A stretch of 64,000 bases of DNA, taken from Rhodanobacteraceae bacterium (lineage in GTDB: Bacteria; Pseudomonadota; Gammaproteobacteria; Xanthomonadales; Rhodanobacteraceae). Shown here piece after piece: positions 48,398-57,361 of the stretch (within the stretch, counting starts at the first letter, position 1; each line of letters begins with the position of its first letter). The notes beneath the pieces are model-generated. The model was not told the DNA's origin. It did no database searches and saw only the letters and a program-made list of their open reading frames with translations. Position numbers and translations under genes: made by a program. The stretch is taken from positions 3,548 to 67,547 of the forward strand of contig DASUJD010000058.1 in assembly GCA_036279455.1 (NCBI GenBank), read 5' to 3'.

Positions 48398-48540
48398 GGG
48401 ACCGGGGACCGGGGACCGGGGACCGGAGCTGCCGTGATGCGTACGCGCACTCGTGGTTGGTGCGCTTGATACATGGCATCAATAAAAAATCTGCCAGCTT
48501 GCGTGACTTTGCCGGTCCCCGGTCCCCGGTCCCCGGTCCC
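48398..48540. repeat. Heptamer-armed inverted-repeat element: (GGGACCG)4 - 87-nt core - (CGGTCCC)4, MITE/REP-like, no ORF
   Basis: Counted directly. Arms 48398-48425 and 48513-48540 are exact reverse complements (28 nt). Confidence 0.9.
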
Positions 48541-48551
48541 GGAGTTTTCGC

Positions 48552-50954
48552 ATGAGCGCCCAACCGAAAGACACCGCTCCGCCCGTGGAGATGGTCGAGT
48601 TCGAGATCGACGGCCATCCGGTCAGCGCGCCCAAGGGCTCGACGATCATCCAGGCCACCGATGCCGCGAAGATTCCGGTGCCACGTTTTTGCTATCACGA
48701 AAAGTTGCCGATCGCCGCCAATTGCAGGCAATGCATGGTGGAAGTGGAGATGGGTGGCAAGCCGGTGCCGAAGCCGCAGCCTGCCTGCGCGACTCCCGTC
48801 GCGGCGGGCATGAAGGTCTACACGCGCTCGCCGAATGCCATGAAGTGGCAGCGCAACACGATGGAGTTCCTGCTGATCAACCATCCGCTGGATTGCCCGA
48901 TCTGCGATCAGGGCGGCGAGTGCGAGCTGCAGGATGTTTCGATGGGTTATGGACGCTCGGTGACGCGCTTCACCGAGCGCAAGCGCAGCGTGACCGACGA
49001 AAACATTGGTCCGCTGGTTGCGACCGAGATGACCCGCTGCATCCACTGCACACGTTGCGTGCGTTTCGTGGGCGAGATCGCGGGCACCCATGAGCTTGGC
49101 GACATGAGCCGCGGCGACAGCCACGTGATCGGCACCTACATCGGCCGCACCATCAAGTCCGAGCTGTCCGGCAACGTGATTGACGTGTGTCCGGTCGGCG
49201 CGCTCACCGACAAGGTGTTCCAGTTCAAGGCGCGCGCGTGGGAACTGATCGCCAAGCCGTCGATCGGCTACCACGATGCGCTGGGTTCCAACCTGTGGCT
49301 GCATACCAAGTACGGGCAGACGCTGCGTGCCGTGCCGCGCGACAACGAAGCCATCAACGAATGCTGGTTGTCCGACCGCGACCGCTACAGCCACCAGGGT
49401 TTGTACGCGGAGGATCGCGCGCAGAGGCCGATGATCCGAAAGGGCGGCGAGCTGGTCGAAGTCGAATGGGATGAAGCCATCGCGTTCGTCGCGGACGGTT
49501 TGAAGAAGGTCGGCGGCGATGTGGCCGCGCTGGTCGCTTCGATGGCATCGTGCGAGGAAGGTGCGCTGCTTGCGCAATTGTTGCGCGGGCTCGGCAGCGG
49601 GCGCATCGACCATCGCCTGCGCGTGCAGGACTTCAGCGACGGTGGTCCGTCCGGTGCCGCATTCGAAATGCCGGTGGCGGACGTTGGCAAGGTATCGGCG
49701 GCACTGATCATCGGCTGCAATCCGCGCCATGAAATGCCGCTGCTTGGCCATCGGCTGCGCCACGCCAGCCGCCACGACGCGGCGAAGCATCCGGCATCGA
49801 ATCCGGCGCACTACGATATTTCCGCGGTGCAGGGCGCGAAGATCCATGCGATCAACCCCGTGCACTTCGATTTCAACTTCGACCTCGCCGGCGAAGTCGC
49901 GGTGGCGCCGCAACATCTGGTGGATGCTACGTTGCGGATGGCGAAGGGGTCGGGCGTGTCGCTGGACGAGCATGCGTTGGCCGATGCCGTCGCTGCGGCC
50001 CCTGATGACGCCGATGCGCGCTCGTGGGCAGATGCGTTGCGCAATGCGGCATCCTCGGTGGTAATCCTGGGCGACGCGGCCACCCAACATCCGCAGGCGT
50101 CATGGCTGCGCGTGCTGGCGCGCGGCATCGCCAGGGCCACCGGTAGTGCGTTCAACGAATTGCCGTCGGGCGCCAACGCCGTCGGCTTGGCACGTGTGGG
50201 TGCGCAGTCGCCCGGTGGGGCGAAAGCGATACTGGAAAATGCGCCGAAGGCGTTGATTACCTGGCAAACCGGCCCCCACGATGCGTTTTCGCCGGTCGCC
50301 TACGACAAGGCCAGCGAGGCTGCGGAGTTTTACGTCCACGCGGGCGCCTACGTCTGCGAAGGCGCCAGGCACACCGCCGATGCCGTGCTGCCACTGGGCT
50401 TGCCTCCGGAAATCGACGGCACCTACGTGAACGTCGATGGCGTCGTACAGGTAATCGCGGCGGGTTCGACCTTGCCGGGCGATGCGCGGCCGGGCTGGAA
50501 GGTATTGCGCGCGTTGGGGGCGGCGCTGGGCGTGAAAGGGTTCGACTTCTCTGACATCGGTGAGGTGCGTGACGCTGTGGGGGACGTGTCGGGACCGGGG
50601 ACCGGGGACCAGGAATCGGGGCAGCGATTGCCGACGCGTACATCGATACCGAATGGCATGGTGACGCGCGTCGCCACGGTCGGCATCTACCGCACCGATG
50701 CGGTGGTACGTCGCGCCAAGGCGCTGCAGGCGCACCCGCTGAATCGCGCGCCGGCCTTGCGCATCTGTGCGGACGATGCGCGTGCACTGGCGCTGCTGAG
50801 CGGCATCAAGGCCGACGTCAATGGCGTGCAATTGATGGTGGTTGTCGATGCCGCGGTGCCCAAAGGCTGCGCCTGGATCGAAGCGGGACACGCCGGCACC
50901 GGATCGCTGCCGCCGTACGGCGCGGCGCTGACCATCAAGGCAGTGGGCGCATGA
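48552..50954 (+). CDS. nuoG: NADH-quinone oxidoreductase subunit G
   Basis: 800 aa. N-terminal 2Fe-2S/4Fe-4S Cys clusters (...[19 protein letters not shown]..., ...[18 protein letters not shown]...). Confidence 0.95.
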   Translation: MSAQPKDTAPPVEMVEFEIDGHPVSAPKGSTIIQATDAAKIPVPRFCYHEKLPIAANCRQCMVEVEMGGKPVPKPQPACATPVAAGMKVYTRSPNAMKWQRNTMEFLLINHPLDCPICDQGGECELQDVSMGYGRSVTRFTERKRSVTDENIGPLVATEMTRCIHCTRCVRFVGEIAGTHELGDMSRGDSHVIGTYIGRTIKSELSGNVIDVCPVGALTDKVFQFKARAWELIAKPSIGYHDALGSNLWLHTKYGQTLRAVPRDNEAINECWLSDRDRYSHQGLYAEDRAQRPMIRKGGELVEVEWDEAIAFVADGLKKVGGDVAALVASMASCEEGALLAQLLRGLGSGRIDHRLRVQDFSDGGPSGAAFEMPVADVGKVSAALIIGCNPRHEMPLLGHRLRHASRHDAAKHPASNPAHYDISAVQGAKIHAINPVHFDFNFDLAGEVAVAPQHLVDATLRMAKGSGVSLDEHALADAVAAAPDDADARSWADALRNAASSVVILGDAATQHPQASWLRVLARGIARATGSAFNELPSGANAVGLARVGAQSPGGAKAILENAPKALITWQTGPHDAFSPVAYDKASEAAEFYVHAGAYVCEGARHTADAVLPLGLPPEIDGTYVNVDGVVQVIAAGSTLPGDARPGWKVLRALGAALGVKGFDFSDIGEVRDAVGDVSGPGTGDQESGQRLPTRTSIPNGMVTRVATVGIYRTDAVVRRAKALQAHPLNRAPALRICADDARALALLSGIKADVNGVQLMVVVDAAVPKGCAWIEAGHAGTGSLPPYGAALTIKAVGA
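50591..50611. repeat. Three heptamers (GGGACCG GGGACCG GGGACCA) in frame inside nuoG
   Basis: Read directly: 21 nt translated as GPGTGDQ. Confidence 0.85.
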
Positions 50955-51973
50955 ACGACGCACTCATATTCGGGCTCACGCTGGGCAAGATCCTGGCCGT
51001 TGCCGTGCCGCTGATCATCGCGGTGGCGATGTACGTGTGGTGGGAACGCAAGGTGATCGGCTGGATGCACGTGCGCATGGGGCCGAACAAGATCGGTCCG
51101 TTCGGCCTGTTGCAGGCGTTTGCCGATGTGCTGAAGCTGCTGATCAAGGAAATCATCGTTCCGACCAACGCCAACCGCTTCCTGTTTTTCACGGCGCCGT
51201 TGCTGTCGGTGATCCCGGCGCTGGCGGTGTGGGCCGTGATCCCGTTCAACGGCGGCGGATTCGTGGTGTCGAACGCCAACGCCGCAGTCCTGTATGTGCT
51301 CGCGATGTCCTCGCTTGGCGTGTACGGGATCATCCTGGCGGGTTGGGCCTCCAATTCGCGCTACGCGCTGCTCGGTTCGATGCGTTCGGCCGCGCAGATG
51401 ATCTCCTATGAAATCTGCATCGGCATGGCGCTGGTGACGGTGCTGGTGCTGGCCGGCAGCCTCAACTTCACGGCCATCGTCGAGGCGCAGGCGGGAAGCA
51501 AGGGGCTGTTCGACTGGTTCTGGCTGCCGTTGTTGCCCATGTTCTTCGTCTTCTACATTTCCGGCGTGGCCGAAACCAATCGCCTGCCGTTCGACGTGGC
51601 CGAGGGTGAATCGGAAATCGTGGCCGGTTTCCATGTGGAGTATTCGGGTTCGGCGTTCGCGCTGTTTTTCCTCGCCGAATACGCCAACATGATCCTGATG
51701 TCGTTTCTGATCTCGCTCCTGTTCATGGGCGGCTGGCTCAGCCCGTTTCAGGGCTGGCATCTCGGCTGGTTCTCGCAGCCGGGATGGTGGTGGCTGTTCG
51801 CGAAGTTCTTCGTGTTCGCGACGTCACTCTTGTGGTTGCGCGCGACCTTCCCGCGCTACCGCTATGACCAGATCATGCGGCTGGGCTGGAAGGTGTTCAT
51901 CCCGATCTCGATCGCGTGGATTTTCGTGGCGGGCATCTTCCGTTTCTTCGGCGTGGTGACGATAGGGCACTGA
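50951..51973 (+). CDS. nuoH: NADH-quinone oxidoreductase subunit H
   Basis: 340 aa, ...[27 protein letters not shown].... Confidence 0.95.
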   Translation: MNDALIFGLTLGKILAVAVPLIIAVAMYVWWERKVIGWMHVRMGPNKIGPFGLLQAFADVLKLLIKEIIVPTNANRFLFFTAPLLSVIPALAVWAVIPFNGGGFVVSNANAAVLYVLAMSSLGVYGIILAGWASNSRYALLGSMRSAAQMISYEICIGMALVTVLVLAGSLNFTAIVEAQAGSKGLFDWFWLPLLPMFFVFYISGVAETNRLPFDVAEGESEIVAGFHVEYSGSAFALFFLAEYANMILMSFLISLLFMGGWLSPFQGWHLGWFSQPGWWWLFAKFFVFATSLLWLRATFPRYRYDQIMRLGWKVFIPISIAWIFVAGIFRFFGVVTIGH

Positions 51974-51974
51974 G

Positions 51975-52466
51975 ATGAAGCGAATCGTTGACTATCTCAA
52001 GAGCCTGTTGCTGCTGGAACTCGCGGCGGGTCTGTGGGTGACGCTGAAGTACCTGTTCAAGCCCAAGTACACGCTGCGTTTCCCGATGGAAACCATTCCG
52101 CGCTCGGTGCGCTTCCGCGGCCTGCACGCGCTACGCCGATATCCGAATGGCGAGGAGCGCTGCATCGCGTGCAAGCTGTGCGAGGCGGTGTGCCCGGCGC
52201 TCGCGATCACCATCGATTCCGCGCCACGCGCGTCCGATGGCCAGCGCCGCACCACGCGCTATGACATCGACCTCTTCAAATGCATCTACTGCGGCTTCTG
52301 CGAGGAAAGCTGCCCGGTCGATTCGATCGTGTTGACCGACATCCTGGAATACCACATGGAACGCCGCGGCGAAAACATCATCACCAAGCCGCAACTGCTC
52401 GCGATGGGCGATCGTTTCGAGAAGTCCATCGCGGCCAATCGCGCGCAAGACGCGGCATATCGCTGA
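51975..52466 (+). CDS. nuoI: NADH-quinone oxidoreductase subunit I
   Basis: 163 aa. Two 4Fe-4S motifs [12 protein letters not shown] and [12 protein letters not shown]. Confidence 0.95.
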   Translation: MKRIVDYLKSLLLLELAAGLWVTLKYLFKPKYTLRFPMETIPRSVRFRGLHALRRYPNGEERCIACKLCEAVCPALAITIDSAPRASDGQRRTTRYDIDLFKCIYCGFCEESCPVDSIVLTDILEYHMERRGENIITKPQLLAMGDRFEKSIAANRAQDAAYR

Positions 52467-52479
52467 TGGGCAGCCCCAC

Positions 52480-53115
52480 ATGAATCATTCGATCTTCCAG
52501 ATGGTCTGCTTCATCGCTTTCGCCGTGGTCGCGGTGGGTGCCGCACTGGCCGTGATATCGGTGAAGAACACCGTGCACGCGGTGCTGGCGCTGGTGCTGA
52601 CATTCTTCTCGACTGCCTGCCTGTGGATGCTGGCCGAGGCCGAATTCCTCGCGCTGGCGCTGGTGGTGGTGTACGTCGGTGCGGTGATGGTGCTGTTCCT
52701 GTTCGTGGTGATGATGCTGGACATCGATCTCGAACCGATCCGCGAAGGTTTCATCAAGTACCTGCCGGTCGGCATCGGCGCCGCGGTGATCATGCTGATC
52801 GAGATGCTTGGCATCATCGGCGTGAAGGCGTTCAACGTGCAGGCCGGGCCGAACCCCGCGGGCACGTCAAATATCGAGTGGCTGGGCCAGGCGCTGTTCA
52901 CGCGCTTCCTGCTGCCGTTCGAGATAGCGGCGGTGATCCTGACCGTCGGATTGGTCGCGGCGGTGGTGCTGGCGCTGCGCGTACGCAGTTTTTCCAAGCG
53001 CCAGAACCCGGCCGCGCAGTCCGCGGTGCGTGCGCCGGGTCGCGTGCGCATGGTCAAGATGAGCGCGGTGGCGCCGACCAAGCCGGCGCCGGCCAGGCAG
53101 GAGCCGCAGGCATGA
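52480..53115 (+). CDS. nuoJ: NADH-quinone oxidoreductase subunit J
   Basis: 211 aa membrane protein in the conserved operon position. Confidence 0.9.
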   Translation: MNHSIFQMVCFIAFAVVAVGAALAVISVKNTVHAVLALVLTFFSTACLWMLAEAEFLALALVVVYVGAVMVLFLFVVMMLDIDLEPIREGFIKYLPVGIGAAVIMLIEMLGIIGVKAFNVQAGPNPAGTSNIEWLGQALFTRFLLPFEIAAVILTVGLVAAVVLALRVRSFSKRQNPAAQSAVRAPGRVRMVKMSAVAPTKPAPARQEPQA

Positions 53116-53420
53116 GCATTCCCCTTTCCTGGTACATCGTGTTCGCGACGGTGCTGTTTTGCATCTCGATCGCGGGAATCTTCATCAACCGCAAGAACGT
53201 GATCGTGTTGCTGATGTGCATCGAGCTGATGCTGCTTGCCGTCAATACCAACTTCGTCGCGTTCTCGCGCTTCCTCGGCAACCCCGGAGGGCAGGTGTTC
53301 GTGTTCTTCATCCTGACGGTGGCGGCGGCCGAATCGGCCATCGGGCTTGCCATCGTCGTATTGATGTTCCGCAACCGTCGCACGATCAACGTCGACGAAA
53401 TCGATTCGCTGCGCTATTAG
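53112..53420 (+). CDS. nuoK: NADH-quinone oxidoreductase subunit K
   Basis: 102 aa, ...[16 protein letters not shown]... ...[14 protein letters not shown].... ATGA overlap with nuoJ. Confidence 0.95.
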   Translation: MSIPLSWYIVFATVLFCISIAGIFINRKNVIVLLMCIELMLLAVNTNFVAFSRFLGNPGGQVFVFFILTVAAAESAIGLAIVVLMFRNRRTINVDEIDSLRY

Positions 53421-53507
53421 GGAGAGGCCGGTGCCAAATCGTTGCAAGCGATGCCGCGCCTCCCTCGGCGCGGCCAACCGGAGATTCATTGTGCATGAGG
53501 TGCAACC

Positions 53508-55514
53508 GTGATCAGCGAAAGCTTGCTGATGGTGCTGGCCGCCGCGCCACTGGTTGGCGCACTGGTCGCCGGGCTGCTGCGCAACCAGATCGGTCGTGCC
53601 GGTGCCGCCGGCATCGCGATCGCGTCGGTGGCCCTGTCGTTCGGATTGTCGTGCGTGGTGTTTTACCAGCTGGTGTGGGGCGGGGTGCCGGCTTTCAACC
53701 ACAACATCTATACCTGGCTCGAGGTCGGCAAGCTCAGCATCGGTATCGGTTTCCTGGTCGATCGCCTGACGGCATTGATGCTGGTGGTGGTGACCTTCGT
53801 GTCGCTGATGGTGCACATCTACACCATCGGCTACATGCGCGACGACCCCGGCTTCCAGCGCTTCTTCGCCTACATCGCATTGTTCACGTTCTCGATGCTG
53901 ACGCTGGTGCTGGCCAACAACTTTCTGCAGTTGTTCGTGGGCTGGGAGCTGGTGGGGCTGGTGTCGTATCTCCTGATCGGATTCTGGTTCGACCGGCCCA
54001 GCGCCAACTTCGCCGCATTGAAGGCGTTCCTGGTGAACCGCGTCGGCGATTTCGGCTTCATCCTTGGCATTGCAGCCGTGCTGTATGCGTTCCACACGCT
54101 GGATTACTCCGCCGTGTTCGCACAAGCGCCGACCCTGTCGGGCCGCACCATCGAGGTGGTCGCTGGCCATCCGTGGTCGATCGCCACGCTGATCTGCCTG
54201 CTGCTGTTCGTGGGCGCGATGGGCAAATCCGCGCAGGTGCCGTTGCACGTGTGGCTGCCCGATTCGATGGAAGGCCCCACCCCGATCTCGGCCCTGATCC
54301 ACGCCGCGACCATGGTCACCGCCGGCATCTTCATGGTGGCGCGGATGTCGCCGCTGTACGAGATGTCCACGACCGCGCTGTCGGTGGTGCTGATCGTGGG
54401 CGCGACCACCGCATTCTTCATGGGCCTGGTCGGCATCGTGCAGAACGACATCAAGCGCGTGATCGCGTATTCGACGCTGTCGCAGCTTGGCTACATGGTG
54501 GTGGCGCTGGGCGCATCGGCTTATGCCGCCGGCATCTTCCACCTGATGACCCACGCGTTCTTCAAGGCGCTGCTGTTCCTCGGTGCGGGTTCGGTGATCG
54601 TGGCCATGCACCACGAGCAGGACATGCGCCGGATGGGCGGGCTGCGCAAATACATGCCGGTCACCTACGCCACGATGTGGGTCGGCACGCTAGCGTTGTG
54701 CGCGGCGCCGGGTTTTTCGGGCTTCTTTTCCAAGGACCAGATCATCGACGCGGTAGGCGATGCGCACATCTTCGGTTCGACGTATGCGTACTGGTGCGTG
54801 CTGCTCGGCGTATTCGTGACGACGCTGTACAGCTTCCGTCTCTTGTACATGACCTTCCACGGCAAGGAGCGTTTCCGCGTCGAGCACGGCCACGACGGCG
54901 AACACCATCACCAGCCCGGTGTGCTCGAACATCCACCCAGGGAATCGCCGTGGGTGATCACCGTACCGCTGGTGCTGCTGGCGATCCCGTCGGTCATGAT
55001 CGGTTGGGTCGCGATCAAGCCGCTGCTGTACGGCGGCTGGTTCGGCAGCGCGATCAAGGTGCTGCCGGGCCACGACGTATTGGCGCACATGGCCGATGAA
55101 TTCCACGGCACCGTGCCGATGTTCTGGCACGCGTTCCTGAGCGCGCCGTTCTGGATCGCGGTGGCGGGGTTCCTGGTTGCGACTTACGTGTACCTTTTCA
55201 ATCCGTCCATCGCTGACCGCGCCGCGCGGACGTTCCTTCCGATATTCAAGATGCTCACCCGCAAGTATTGGGTGGACGAGGTCTATTACAACCTGTTCGC
55301 ACGCGGCGGCGTGAAGCTGGGCCGCGCATTCTGGAAGGGCGGCGACGCCGCGTTGATCGACGGCGCGATGGTCAATGGCTCGGCGTCGGTGGTCGAGCGA
55401 AGCTCGCGCGTGTTCCGCCGTTTGCAGACGGGATTCCTTTACCACTACGCATTCGCGATGATCGTGGGTTTGATCCTGCTGCTGGGCGGGCTGTGGTTCT
55501 GGGGGCTGCGATGA
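53508..55514 (+). CDS. nuoL: NADH-quinone oxidoreductase subunit L
   Basis: 668 aa, ...GWELVGLVSYLLIGFWF... ...KSAQVPLHVWLPDSMEGPTPISALIHAATMVTAG.... Confidence 0.95.
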   Translation: MISESLLMVLAAAPLVGALVAGLLRNQIGRAGAAGIAIASVALSFGLSCVVFYQLVWGGVPAFNHNIYTWLEVGKLSIGIGFLVDRLTALMLVVVTFVSLMVHIYTIGYMRDDPGFQRFFAYIALFTFSMLTLVLANNFLQLFVGWELVGLVSYLLIGFWFDRPSANFAALKAFLVNRVGDFGFILGIAAVLYAFHTLDYSAVFAQAPTLSGRTIEVVAGHPWSIATLICLLLFVGAMGKSAQVPLHVWLPDSMEGPTPISALIHAATMVTAGIFMVARMSPLYEMSTTALSVVLIVGATTAFFMGLVGIVQNDIKRVIAYSTLSQLGYMVVALGASAYAAGIFHLMTHAFFKALLFLGAGSVIVAMHHEQDMRRMGGLRKYMPVTYATMWVGTLALCAAPGFSGFFSKDQIIDAVGDAHIFGSTYAYWCVLLGVFVTTLYSFRLLYMTFHGKERFRVEHGHDGEHHHQPGVLEHPPRESPWVITVPLVLLAIPSVMIGWVAIKPLLYGGWFGSAIKVLPGHDVLAHMADEFHGTVPMFWHAFLSAPFWIAVAGFLVATYVYLFNPSIADRAARTFLPIFKMLTRKYWVDEVYYNLFARGGVKLGRAFWKGGDAALIDGAMVNGSASVVERSSRVFRRLQTGFLYHYAFAMIVGLILLLGGLWFWGLR

Positions 55515-55516
55515 GG

Positions 55517-55787
55517 CTGGCAATGAACGACGAGGCCCGCGAGACGTTTGCAGGTTGGGCTGATGCCGGGTTCCCCGGCGGAAGCCCAACACGTCCGTTC
55601 TCCCGTTGGGCTTCGCATGCAGCCGTTCAGCCCAACCTACGCGCGCTGGCAATGAACGACGAGGCCCGGGAGACGTTTGTAGGTTGGGCTGACGCCAGAT
55701 TCATCGGCGGAAGCCCAACATTCCCGTTGCGGCGTTGGGCTTCGCATGGAGCCGCTCAGCCCAATCTACGCGCTCAGCCCAACCTGC
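55517..55787. repeat. Two tandem ~129-bp units plus a partial third, each a GTAGGTTGGGCTGA...TCAGCCCAACCTAC REP/BIME-like palindrome
   Basis: Unit 1 starts at 55517, unit 2 at 55646 (period 129). Inner hairpins GAAGCCCAAC/GTTGGGCTTC. Extra terminal copy TCAGCCCAACCTGC at 55774-55787. Confidence 0.85.
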
Positions 55788-55799
55788 ATGCGTCGGGGT

Positions 55800-55827
55800 C
55801 CCGAGTCCCGAGTCTCGAGTCCCGGGA
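55800..55827. repeat. Heptamer array CCCGAGT CCCGAGT CTCGAGT CCCGGGA ending in the nuoM Shine-Dalgarno
   Basis: Read directly. GGGAG at 55824-55828, nuoM ATG at 55837. Confidence 0.8.
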
Positions 55828-55836
55828 GAACCACGC

Positions 55837-57351
55837 ATGACCACCTGGCCCATCCTCAGCATCCTGATCTGGCTGCCATGCGCCGGTGCGATCGTCGTGC
55901 TGCTGGCCGGAAACGCGCGCCCACGCCTGGCGCGTTGGCTGACGCTGGCGTTCACCGTCGTCACCTTCGCGTTGAGCCTGGTGATGCTGTCGGCATACCA
56001 CATTGGTCCCGGTGGTTTCCAGTTGCAGGAAAAACTGCGCTGGATTCCCGGCATCAGCACCAGTTACCACCTTGGTGTGGACGGCATTGCCGTTGCGCTG
56101 ATCGTGTTGACCACGTTCACTTCGATTCTGGTGATCGGCGGCGCATGGCAGGTGATCAAGGACAAGGTGCACCAGTACATGGCCGCGATGCTGGTGCTGG
56201 AAGGCCTGCTGATCGGGGTGTTCTGCGCGATGGATGCGCTGCTGTTCTACCTGTTCTTCGAGGCCATCCTGATTCCGATGTTCTTCCTGATCGGCATCTG
56301 GGGCGGTCCGCGGCGGGTTTACGCGACGCTCAAGTTCTTCATCTACACATTCTTCGGGTCGATCTTCTTCCTGATCGGTCTGCTGTACCTGTACCACCGT
56401 GCCGGCACCTTCGACCTGCAAACGTTGTGGGCACTGCCGCTGACGTCAAAGGAACAGGCGTGGCTGTTCTTCTCGTTCCTGATCGCGTTCGCGGTGAAGA
56501 CCCCGATGGTGCCGGTGCACACCTGGTTGCCGGACGCGCACGTCGAGGCGCCGACCGGCGGTTCGGTGATCCTGGCCGCGATCATGCTGAAGGTCGGCAC
56601 CTACGGTTTCATCCGCTTCTCGCTGCCGATCGTGCCGGACGCCTCGCAACATTTCGCGTGGCTGGTCATCGTGCTCAGTCTCGTCGCGATCATCTACATC
56701 GGCTACGTCGCGCTGGTGCAGCCGGACATGAAGAAACTGGTCGCGTATTCGTCGATAGCGCACATGGGCTTCGTCACCATCGGCCTGTTCATCGTCTATA
56801 TGCTGGCGCGCCACCAGCACGATATCCAGATGGCCGAACTGGGCGTGCAGGGCGCGGTGGTGCAGATGATCTCGCACGGCTTCGTGTCGGGCGCGTTGTT
56901 TACCTGCATCGGTGTGATGTACGACCGCCTGCACACGCGCGAGATTTCCGCCTACGGGGGACTCGCGAAAGTGATGCCGTGGTTCGCCGCGTTCTGGGTG
57001 CTGTTCGCGATGGCCAACTGCGGCCTGCCGGGCACGTCGGGTTTCGTCGGCGAGTTCATGGTGATCCTGTCCAGTTTCACCGCCAATCCGTGGATCGCAT
57101 TCTTCGCGGCATACTCGCTGATCATCGGCGCCGGCTACACGCTGTGGCTGATCAAGCGCATCGTGTGGGGCACCGCGCCGACGAAAGAGGCAGCGGCGAT
57201 GCCGGAGATCAATACCCGCGAAGGCCTGGTGCTGGGCGCGTTCGCGCTGGCGGTGCTGGCCATGGGCGTGGACCCTTGGCCGCTGATGCACCTGATGGAT
57301 TCCTCGGTCGCGCAACTCGTGACCCATTTGATGACCAGCAAGCTCGGATGA
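55837..57351 (+). CDS. nuoM: NADH-quinone oxidoreductase subunit M
   Basis: 504 aa from MTTWPILSILIWLP. The longer ORF from 55735 only translates repeats. Confidence 0.95.
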   Translation: MTTWPILSILIWLPCAGAIVVLLAGNARPRLARWLTLAFTVVTFALSLVMLSAYHIGPGGFQLQEKLRWIPGISTSYHLGVDGIAVALIVLTTFTSILVIGGAWQVIKDKVHQYMAAMLVLEGLLIGVFCAMDALLFYLFFEAILIPMFFLIGIWGGPRRVYATLKFFIYTFFGSIFFLIGLLYLYHRAGTFDLQTLWALPLTSKEQAWLFFSFLIAFAVKTPMVPVHTWLPDAHVEAPTGGSVILAAIMLKVGTYGFIRFSLPIVPDASQHFAWLVIVLSLVAIIYIGYVALVQPDMKKLVAYSSIAHMGFVTIGLFIVYMLARHQHDIQMAELGVQGAVVQMISHGFVSGALFTCIGVMYDRLHTREISAYGGLAKVMPWFAAFWVLFAMANCGLPGTSGFVGEFMVILSSFTANPWIAFFAAYSLIIGAGYTLWLIKRIVWGTAPTKEAAAMPEINTREGLVLGAFALAVLAMGVDPWPLMHLMDSSVAQLVTHLMTSKLG

Positions 57352-57361
57352 GGGCGCGCAC

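Noticed and set aside
52485-54614. 709-aa ORF antisense to nuoJ-nuoL. Similar long antisense ORFs lie at 47841-50090, 26410-28194 and 59380-62064.
   Set aside because: Same GC-driven artefact. The opposite strands encode unmistakable Nuo, MurA and HsdR proteins.
55268-55840. ORFs spanning the nuoL-nuoM spacer (190 aa at 55268-55840, and the N-terminal extension of nuoM from 55735)
   Set aside because: They translate the tandem REP units, giving duplicated NDEARETF.GWAD peptides. They are out of frame with or overlap nuoL, and nuoM has a proper SD and ATG at 55837.
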